Shown here piece by piece: positions 36,282-45,555 of a stretch of DNA of 64,000 bases (the first letter of the stretch is position 1; each line of letters starts with the position of its first letter). The notes under the pieces were generated by a model that had not been told where the DNA came from, made no database searches, and was given only the letters and a program-made list of their open reading frames with translations. This DNA is from Setoptus koraiensis (taxonomy: Eukaryota; Animalia; Arthropoda). The stretch spans positions 13,764,001 to 13,828,000 of the forward strand of contig CM106586.1 of assembly GCA_048013815.1 (NCBI GenBank). The letters run 5' to 3'. Made by a program: the position numbers and the translations under genes.

Positions 36282-37143
36282 AAGGGGTTGTCTCATTTTG
36301 GGGTGTTTTTATTTTTGGTCTTCGGTTCTTGAAAATAGGGTATGGTTGGAAAGATCTCTCCGGTGGAGCCAGAAATCTGGTTTATTTCTGTTTCTGGTTT
36401 TTCGTTCACCAGACACGCCCAATTTTCTCAGAATTTCAACTTTGAGGCCCCGTTTCACCCCGAGAGAGCTGAGATACAAGGCTAATTTTCGCTCTAAACG
36501 ACGTCTTCTTCAGTGAACTATAAGGTGAAATAAAAAAAAAGTGAGAAAAGTCGCGCGGTCTTGGGTAAAATTGCGAAAAACCTAGAATACCGGGGTCAAG
36601 ATTTTCTCAAAAATGTGTCTCATATTGTGAAAATTGCATCTCGTTCAACGAGACTTTTCACAAAATAGTGCATATCCATCCACATCTTCAGCGATCGCGC
36701 TGATAAAAAGCTTTTCATTAAACAGTGCGATCGCTGAAGATGTGGATGGATATGCACTATTTTGTGAAAAGCCTCATAAGATCTCCCATGATTTTCACAA
36801 TATAAGGCACATTTTTGAGAAAATCTTGACCCCGGTATTCTAGGTTTTTCGTGATTTTACCCAAGACTGCGCGACTTTTCTCACTATTTTTTTATTTCAC
36901 CTTATAGTTCACTGAAGAAGACGTCGTTTAGAGCGAAAATTAGCCTTGTATCTCAGCTCTCTCGGGGTGAAACGGGGCCTCAAAGTTGAAATTCTGAGAA
37001 AATTGGGCGTGTCTGGTGAACGAAAAACCAGAAACAGAAATAAACCAGATTTCTGGCTCCACCGGAGAGATCTTTCCAACCATACCCTATTTTCAAGAAC
37101 CGAAGACCAAAAATAAAAACATCCCAAAATGAGACAACCCCTT
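36282..37143. mobile_element. Foldback (long inverted repeat) element: about 420-bp arms, 20-bp spacer
   Basis: 36282-36702 is the near-exact reverse complement of 36723-37143. Identical translated ORFs appear on opposite strands in the ORF track (36298+ and 36909-). Confidence 0.9.
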
Positions 37144-37202
37144 TGAGCACGGATCATCCACGGACTGATCGAAAATTCTGGAAAATCACGGATATCCATG
37201 AA

Positions 37203-37670
37203 TAGGGCCAACAGAATCGGTTATCAACCGATTCGGTTCTAGCCAGGGGAAAACTCTGAAACTTCGTATTCGAGCAAAACAAGCATAGATAAGTCGTTTG
37301 AGGGGCACTTGTTTCCACCGAAATCACCGAATTTGTCAGATTTTTCCCATAACTACCGAAAATCCGTCGCCTGGCGTGAACACACAAATAGGCATAGGAA
37401 TTGAAAAATCTGCCAGACTGACAGACGCTTGCATTACATTACATGCTTCAAAGCGGCTGGCGTTCACACACACTCAATTCTATGCTAAAGTTTCAAATCT
37501 TTTAGGTCTATTTATCTGTCGTTGAGGGAGCGCGAAAAAATTTCAACGATTTTTTGTTGCTATCCATGAGCAAAATGTATGTTTCTACCGATTCCTACCG
37601 AAAAAACCCAGGTTTCTGAATGATTTCTACCGATTTAGGGCGAAAATAACTACCGATTCTGTTGGCCCTA
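37203..37670. mobile_element. Young hAT-type MITE (468 bp) with perfect 8-bp TSD
   Basis: TIRs TAGGGCCAACAGAATCGGT / ACCGATTCTGTTGGCCCTA; TSD TCCATGAA at 37195-37202 and 37671-37678; subterminal CTACCGA repeats. Confidence 0.92.
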
Positions 37671-38613
37671 TCCATGAATATCCGTGAGCGTAGATATGGG
37701 TCGAAAGTATCGGTGAGCGTAGAGATGGGACATGTACAATGGATTCAAGGATAATCCGTGACTTTTTTTCAAAACAGATCGGATATTCGCCGGGGATATT
37801 CGAGCGCACCTCTACATGGAACATTAATGAACATTGTGAAATTGAAATACACCCCTTTCCCGCAGACAATAGACCAACTGAGAACAATAGTTTGTTGTGG
37901 CGCCACAAGTTGCATCGCGACAACAACAAAATGTCTGACTGTGTGTGAGTTGCTATCGTGTGTCGGTCGTTTGGCGTCTTACGTCCCAGCGGGTTAGCTT
38001 GTGTGTCTGCAAGCAGTCCACTGGTTGCGTTTTGCACGCTCGCCGATCAAATGTAATCCACAACTTGTCTTTCGATGTTTTCCGCTCAGGGGAGAGGCAT
38101 TATATTGGGTGTGAGGTTCAAATGAGGCATTTTGAACTAAAAAGGCTACGCTGCCTTCCACAGTGCATTTTCTCGCACAAACACTGCGCGTTGCTTCCAA
38201 TGTGCACCGATGTTTTAAGAAATATCCAACAGAGGCGCTGCTCAGAATTCATCCAACGAAGAATGGAGTGCAGCGCCGCCCTTGCGGAGCTTTTGTAAAC
38301 TAATCTAAGTGCACCAGAAAAACATGTGCTTGCTTAAATCGCACAATTCGTGCGTAAGCAAGATTTTGAGCTTGTTTAGCGCCACAGTACAACACAGGCA
38401 CACAATACTACTTTTCACTATCTGTGCTTCTGTGTTGCGCAGGTGTTTCTGTGCATGCCTCGCTTGATCCTAACACCCTATAGTGTGTTTTATCAAGTGC
38501 CGTTTGGAATGAAACGCCTCTAGTTGTTCGCTAGCTGTCTGTTGAGTAGCGTCAACCAGTTGAAACATTTATTGAAACACTCTACTCTCGGCTGTGCTTC
38601 TTTGCGCGCCCGT

Positions 38614-38750
38614 TGCGCCCTTGGCGGAGAAAAAAAGAAAAGCTATTGGAAAAAAAACGCACACAGTACCGTGTCAAAAAGTACAGTACAGTGTGCGTTT
38701 TTTCCAATGGCTTTTTTCCTATTTCTTTTTGAAGCCGCCAGGGCAGCGCA
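38614..38750. repeat. Imperfect inverted repeat of about 135 nt (MITE-like hairpin)
   Basis: GCTATTGGAAAAAAAACGCACACAGTAC pairs with GTACAGTGTGCGTTTTTTCCAATGGC; outer GCCCTTGGCGG pairs with CCGCCAGGGC. Confidence 0.6.
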
Positions 38751-39008
38751 CTATAGATAGATTGCATATTTCAAGATTTCATATTCACTGACTGCGCTCG
38801 ATTAACGTCAATCCCTAGCCAATTAGAGAGTGTTGCCTGTGAACTGGTGCGCCTCCCGTCACGAACGAGAGCCTTCGTCCCACATCGCATCTCAAACGAT
38901 GGGAGATTGGTTGGGAATCTCCCGGTTGGACGAATCTCCCCTAGGGGACTGTTAGCAAATCACGCAGACCACCAAAGGCAACAAGTGAGTCGCGAGTTTC
39001 CACAAACA

Positions 39009-39404
39009 ATGCTATGCTCCTACAAGAAACTTGAGAGTTCCAAGTAGACTCTTCGATACCAAGGTGGTTTCGATCGGTTGACTAGTGTTATTAGTGGCCA
39101 TAGCGGATATATTCCAAAAAATATAGTTGGCCGACCGAACATGCCACGCAAGTTCTTTATCGTCGAGTATCCTCGCGGCGACAAAAGATTTCTTATCGAT
39201 AGAGAAACCAACAGATATTACAGTACATTGAAGTCTAACGGTACCCTGGAGCCTGACGCTATCCAGCGCGCACTCAATCAAAAACAATTATTTCTTTACT
39301 CACTCGGACTCGTGAAAAAAGAGGGACAAACGAAGGAACAAAAAGAGAGAATCGGAAATTTGGAACAAAAAATGAACTTTGAGCCTACCATTATCAGTGA
39401 ATAG
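39009..39404 (+). pseudogene. Orphan coding-like frame with one in-frame TAG at 39045-39047
   Basis: ATG in ACAAACAATG context; the frame continues about 119 codons after the stop with protein-like composition; AATAAA at about 39478. Confidence 0.35.
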
Positions 39405-41350
39405 AAAGCGCAACTCACTAGAAAAATATGTACGTTCCTAAATAAGGGTACCGAAAGTTCACACTGCCGGTGGCAAGAATAAAATCGATATCAATTGAAT
39501 AGCGAAAAACGAGGTCAGCTCTCAATTGATTATAATAATAAATTCAAGTGCGCTGCAAAAAAAAAACAAGGTTCTTTAGATCACTTTGCAGTGGTACTGT
39601 AATATCGTCGAAAATGTTATTTACGTGACTTACTGGCGCTTTGTGGATGAACTAGCATTCAGAACTTCTGAATCAGAAGGGTCAGACTGTCACACGCTAG
39701 CATTTCGAATATGCGATTATTTCATGATATGTATTAGCATGCGATTATCGATTCTCCAAGTTTGCTTCCATGGAAATGAACTAAATGATCCCTTTTATTG
39801 TGCTATAGTTACGGGAGCCAGTCGAAAAGCCGTCGATTGTTGAATTTTCAAATATTCAATGGTTGAAAATTACATTGTCCAACAATAAAAGTCGACTATT
39901 GAATAGTCGAAATTATGCATTTCGAATGGTAATGATTTGGATCATATAAAAAAAAAACTCGTGCTATTCTATTATTCTAATCACTTGGTTCAGAAGTGAA
40001 CCCTAGCTGAACGATGTATTGATGACCGGCTGCATATGAGTCAGTCACGCGGATATAAACTAAGATCATGAGTATGACTAGCTGAATAAATACATGTAAT
40101 TGGATTCATCACGCAAACGCCCATCACCAAAATTAGATCCCAAGTTTTGGTGCTCGACTCAGTTGGTGAATCTAGGTTTGGCTAAAAAGATATAAACAAT
40201 TCATGAAATGCTTCTATTTAAAGGGTGCGTGTGATGCTCGACTAACTCATTCCGGCTATTCTCAATCAATCAGAGGACTTACTTTCATTTACACTGGTTG
40301 TAGTAGTTGATGTCCCAACTGAGGACTTTCTCATAACTGTGAATATGCAGCGAAGCGCTCAAAATATCTCACCAAGCTGACAGCAATTCATAGTTCTGGT
40401 GTGCATTGTGGTCTCCAGTTAAGTGGGAAAATTTCTAAGAATGACAAGAAACTCTCTGATCTTAGGTCTATTCTCAACGAGAGCCTGATTGTATTTAATT
40501 CTATTCGTAGCCAGGTTCTTTAGAATATGATTGGAGCACTAGGAGCTGATCTAATGAGAGATTAAACCCATTAACGAGGCGTGTGTGCATGTGGATAGAC
40601 CGTTCAATGTCTGCAATGACGCAATAACTGGAGGTCAACTCTTTGCTATGCCTGCTTCGGTTGAAAGTAGTCTAACAATGATGTAAGGCAGTTCTGCGAC
40701 ATCTCAGTAACTACAGCTGTAGTAACTCAAAGTTACGTAAGCTAGCTACATCTGTAGCTACATGTAGACACTAACATTGCTATTGTTGTGAGATCAAGTG
40801 CACCAATGACGACGTCTCTCAAGGTCAATCTTTTATTTTCGTTGCCTGTCATGTGAGTGAATCCTATTATATTGCAATGGGATTCTGAATTAATTGTGTA
40901 CTTTGTTCAACATAATTTGAATATTGTCTTTACATCTGATACAGATTTTATCTGCAAGTAACAGACGAACAAGCGGACAAATATACTTCATGTGATTGAT
41001 TATATCAGCATAATAATTAGTACTATATTTGTAGTGTCGACAGAATATATCGGCGGAGAATCACCTGAGCTGACAGATACAACGATATGATGGAGTGTTT
41101 ATGATATTTACAGGAGATTATTAGACGACAGCAAGACAATTGCACCATATTACAGAATCTCTAAATAGTAAATAGATAGCTATTTATCGAAATAAAGCGA
41201 GCAGCCATATTGCCAGAGCAACAAAATCAATGTCACTGTAAAACTCGGCCTATTCAATTAGGATTCATTAGTTATCATCTATATATTTATATATCACTAT
41301 CTATTTATTTATAAAACTAAATTTACTAATCGTCAATTTCGGCCCCCATA

Positions 41351-42202
41351 ATGACCACTGAAAATAAGATACATAAGCTGAAACGCAAGGAACTGGTGGT
41401 GTTTGATTTCGACGATACCCTCGTTGACTGCAACTCAGACACTTGGATTCATCAGTTGGCCCCAGAGAAAACTATCCCAAAAAAACTGTTGTACAGAGAG
41501 GGACAAGATTACTTGGAGCACGTGCAAAAGGTTTTGGATTATTTGCACTCGGAAAAAGTCTCAAAGCAAGACTATATTTCTTGTTTGAGTAAGATGCCCC
41601 AAGTAGATCATATGATTGATACATTGGTTGGAAATTTGGCCAAGCATAGAGATAAATACGATATGATCATTCTGAGTGATGCCAATTCGTTTTTTATATC
41701 AACATTCTTGGAGGCACGGTCTGTTTCGGATTATTTCTCGGCAATACTCACCAACTCAAGCATTTTCAACGACGATGGCCAATTAATATTGAAGGGCTAT
41801 CATGTTCAAGAATTTTGTCCCATTAGCTCCCGTAATTTGTGTAAAGGCGACGCCTTAAAGGATTTCATAGGAAAACAAATGCTATATCACAACACTGTTT
41901 ACACCTGCATTAGTTATGTTGGTGATGGCGAAAATGATTTGTGTCCCAGTACAAAGCTCAGTAACAAAGACAGAATATTTCCTCGAAAAAATTTCCCATT
42001 GCACAGATTGTGCTCTAAACTCAAGCTAAGCCCCACGGATTCTAATGGACACTCATCAGAACGAATAAGAGATGAACTCAATACAATAGTAGCCAGTCTC
42101 AAGTCACCGGTGTTTCCGTGGACCAACGGAAAAGACATACTCGAAATCATTATGCCTAATATGTCGGAGGACAAAAATAACAATGATATCGGAAATGAAT
42201 GA
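41351..42202 (+). CDS. PHOSPHO2: HAD-superfamily phosphatase, PHOSPHO1/PHOSPHO2 (pyridoxal phosphate / phosphoethanolamine phosphatase) family
   Basis: Motif I VVFDFDDTLVDCNSD, ILSDANSFFI, NLCKG and YVGDGENDLCP. PHOSPHO1 versus PHOSPHO2 orthology cannot be resolved by eye. Confidence 0.92.
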   Translation: MTTENKIHKLKRKELVVFDFDDTLVDCNSDTWIHQLAPEKTIPKKLLYREGQDYLEHVQKVLDYLHSEKVSKQDYISCLSKMPQVDHMIDTLVGNLAKHRDKYDMIILSDANSFFISTFLEARSVSDYFSAILTNSSIFNDDGQLILKGYHVQEFCPISSRNLCKGDALKDFIGKQMLYHNTVYTCISYVGDGENDLCPSTKLSNKDRIFPRKNFPLHRLCSKLKLSPTDSNGHSSERIRDELNTIVASLKSPVFPWTNGKDILEIIMPNMSEDKNNNDIGNE

Positions 42203-42719
42203 TCGTATAAGTATAAATATAAAATTATATGTTATGTTCTTCGTCATATAGTATATGTCGCATTTAAATAAATAAATAAAGCACTAGCTTTCGGTTGTAA
42301 ATCTATTTGAATGACTCCATTAAATTGTTGCCACTGGCAACTTGCCAGTCATGGAAAAATAATCGACTGGCTTTGGCGCCAAAAAATCATCACAGTGGCA
42401 AAAAGATTGTTTTTTCCACTGGATTCCAGAAAATATGAATAGAATCTTTCCACTGAATCCATCCAATAGAACAGTCAAAAGTGTTTTTTCACATATTGCA
42501 ACCCATATTGCGAGCGACAACTTCGGATTAGAAATTGCAATTTATTGGCGTTGTACCGGGATTTTCCGGGAAAGTGAATAGTGTTTTCTTGCTCCCCAGA
42601 AACAGCCGAGTTCAACCAGCTACATGGAATGTTGATCGGCGTGTCGGGCAAAGGAAGGTTTCCTTGTTAGTCATTCTAGGTGTATATTGACAGAAGAAAA
42701 TTGAATATTTGAGGCCCCA

Positions 42720-42855
42720 GATGAATCGCACGGTGGCAGTATTTATCTGCACACTAATTTTATAATACACCTTCGGTGAATGTGATGGCGATCTGAGATG
42801 CAACACCTATGCTGGCGGTCTTAAAGGATGACTATTGCAGCGAATTGGTGAACAT
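42720..42855 (+). pseudogene. Fragment of orphan membrane family (C-terminal ectodomain part)
   Basis: Translates FGECDGDLRCNTYAGGLKG*LLQRIGE versus FAELDGDLTCYTYTGGLSGWLIKQMGE in 43239; Trp is replaced by TGA. Confidence 0.75.
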
Positions 42856-42857
42856 TC

Positions 42858-42980
42858 GATTTCTTCTTGCACGCGTTTGTCATCTTCTAAACTGACATCA
42901 ACACTGTTAGTTTCCTCTTTAGCCAAATAGCCTCTCCATGCTAGCCTGGATATTGTATAGATAGGATTTTGAGCATAGGA
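42858..42980 (-). pseudogene. Fragment of orphan membrane family (middle part), opposite orientation
   Basis: Translates SYAQNPIYTISRLAWRGYLAKEETNSVDVSLEDDKRVQE versus YAQNSVYTIAKLAWRGFLASDEKNSVNSSLDEDERVQK. Confidence 0.8.
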
Positions 42981-43238
42981 ATAGCTATTTTAGAGTTCCA
43001 ATTTTTACATTGTCGGTTGTTTCCGCTGAAAGAGACTCATGATCCTCCTATCATAATCATTCATAGGATTCGGCTAAAAATAACTCATCAATAAAATGTC
43101 GCATGCAGAAAATGTTAATTTGGCACAATATCTGTCATATCTAAATATTGAAAAAACTATAGACCTCAGTGAGATATTCATCTCTTCAAGTGCGTAACTG
43201 ACTGACTTCAGCTCAAATTAAGATTTTCGCAGACAAAA

Positions 43239-44798
43239 ATGATGCAATTCAATGAGACGTTGTTATTTGGTTGCCTGATTTTCTTCATCAGCCTGTTGTG
43301 CTCGAGAATCAATGCTGCAGAGCCCGATGAATGGACCAAAGAAAAATGCAGAGAAACTTTCAGGAACATTGTCACTATCAAGGAGTTTCAGTTTTATGCT
43401 AACAAAATTGTAAAGGACGGGAATGACAGGAAATGGATGGACGGTGATGTAATAATGGACACTGCAGCACTGAATAGATGTATGCACAGTGTAGACGGTT
43501 ACGGTGATCTTGAAGCGCTCAAAGAAATTACTGATCAAGTTTCTAACATTCATTCAGTTTGTCAGTCGGAGTTCGCCGATCATTTGTTGGCTTTTGACAG
43601 AAGAATGCGAGACAATTTGGCCAACAACCAGATTCTCTTTTTCACAAGCAAACAAAAACATCGACTAGCTCGATTTTTCACTTTATTAGCTGGTCAGGTG
43701 GCTGTCACTTGCAAAAAGTCACTTTCGAAAAAGCTTGAATCGGCTGAAAATACAAATAGTGATTTAGTCACAAGTTTAGATCTGATCATTGAATCCGTTA
43801 CAATGAGTGTCGAAGGTCGACAACCATCACCATTGTCTGCATCTGTGAATAACAAACTTCCATTTGGCATAAATATGCTAATAGAATTGGCTTTTAGAGG
43901 AAAAACCAAACCAGTTAGCAAAGTGGAAAATTTGATATTGTTAGACTCGATGAAACCAGAACCGGAAGCTACATTGTTCATTGGTGTAACTATAAATGAT
44001 GGTGAAAAGTTTGAGGAATTTGTTAAAACAAAACGGGCTTGTCGCTTGATCGACAAATATGCTCAAAACTCAGTCTACACAATAGCCAAACTAGCTTGGA
44101 GAGGTTTTCTCGCTAGTGATGAGAAAAATAGTGTTAATAGTTCACTGGATGAGGATGAACGTGTGCAGAAATGGATTAAGGCCATTCAATATTGTCATAG
44201 TGTTCTATTGGTCAGAGCAAATTTAGATTTGGAACAAGAGCAGCAAATGCAGCTAGATAAGGATATTCTAAATGATGGCGAACAATTGATTACCATCGAC
44301 ATAGTTAGAGACATTGATCAAAAAGCAATTGACAATCACTCTAATACGGATAGTGACTCGACTGATATGAGACATGTTGGTCATATTTATGAACAAGTGG
44401 ACAGGTTTGCTGAACTAGACGGTGATCTGACATGTTACACGTATACGGGAGGCCTCAGTGGATGGCTAATTAAGCAAATGGGAGAACGATTCGTGTTAAT
44501 AAATCATATGAGAGTGAATGTAAGCGATGAATCATTCAGACGATCCTTACTAAGAGATGATCGAGATACTGAAACTGAGGTTCAATTTGGAGGCACAGCC
44601 GCAACCGTAACTAGTGGATCACATGCAACAACCTCAAGTGTTATTATGGCCCATCATCATTTTTTGTTTAGTCACCATACCGGCATATCAGTGGCAATTG
44701 GCGTTGCGAACCTTGTGCTTATCATAATTGCTGCTCTGTGTCAACTGGGGTCGCCTCCACCACCAGGAGGACGAGGAGGACTGGGAGGACCAATATGA
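43239..44798 (+). CDS. Orphan type I membrane protein, family member 2 (519 aa)
   Basis: Signal peptide; shared motifs HSVC..FAD.LL.F, RLARFF.LLAGQV..TCKKSL, KVENLIL, RVQKWI.A.Q.C and EVQFGG; His tract; TM helix; Pro/Gly tail. Confidence 0.9.
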   Translation: MMQFNETLLFGCLIFFISLLCSRINAAEPDEWTKEKCRETFRNIVTIKEFQFYANKIVKDGNDRKWMDGDVIMDTAALNRCMHSVDGYGDLEALKEITDQVSNIHSVCQSEFADHLLAFDRRMRDNLANNQILFFTSKQKHRLARFFTLLAGQVAVTCKKSLSKKLESAENTNSDLVTSLDLIIESVTMSVEGRQPSPLSASVNNKLPFGINMLIELAFRGKTKPVSKVENLILLDSMKPEPEATLFIGVTINDGEKFEEFVKTKRACRLIDKYAQNSVYTIAKLAWRGFLASDEKNSVNSSLDEDERVQKWIKAIQYCHSVLLVRANLDLEQEQQMQLDKDILNDGEQLITIDIVRDIDQKAIDNHSNTDSDSTDMRHVGHIYEQVDRFAELDGDLTCYTYTGGLSGWLIKQMGERFVLINHMRVNVSDESFRRSLLRDDRDTETEVQFGGTAATVTSGSHATTSSVIMAHHHFLFSHHTGISVAIGVANLVLIIIAALCQLGSPPPPGGRGGLGGPI

Positions 44799-45555
44799 CC
44801 TAAAGTAGATTACCTTAGAATGAAGGGTTTTCACTGCGGAGACATTCATGAGATAGATGCCAATGGATATTCGTCTACAATGGCCACTAGCCAACGAGAA
44901 CACGAAGCGTTCTCGTTGTTTACATATTGCAAAAGAGCTTCTCATTAGAATCATTCCAATCAATTAAATTAGTGATGCAGTATATGAAATAAACGAGGCC
45001 ACTCTTAGATTAAGACAAATGAAAACAATTTATCCCCTCAGTCAGTGGACTGAGGCGGAGAGATCATAGGTCGAGGAGGTGCTGTTGATTTTCCACTCCC
45101 CAGTTCTCCTTAGTTCTCCCTCGATCTTTCAGACCTCGAGAGAAAGAGGAAAACCCCCAGAAAAAAGTATGACTGATTTCGTAACCAGTACCGTGATCAC
45201 GATCTAATAAAGTAAAGGAGTAACACATGTAAGCATCTTGTGCAACGCACGTCTGTGGAAGCGCGTGGCTAGAAGAAGAAGAAGAGTGAAAAACGGAGAC
45301 GAGACTGTCGAGTTATGTGCCAGTTTGCAATACAGTAGTTGTAATAGTGGAGCAATCAGCGAAAACCTCTTCAGATCTCACCAAATCTCTCGTCTGCTGC
45401 CGACTCAGCACGTTTCTATATTTAAAGTTGTAAATCCAAAGAGAGATCTCTCATTAGCTGAATACATTGTTATCACGTACACTTAGGTCTATCGAGTAGG
45501 CAGTTATCTTAGAACAGTTTTATTAATTTATTGACCAGCGCATCATTTACAAACA

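Noticed and set aside
35393-38800. Short ORFs as transposase remnants
   Set aside because: No DDE or BED motifs seen; the duplicated ORFs simply reflect the foldback symmetry.
40400-40420. GTGCATTGT resembling the start of miR-33
   Set aside because: Match ends after 9 nt and there is no hairpin. A by-eye scan for other conserved arthropod miRNAs also found nothing.
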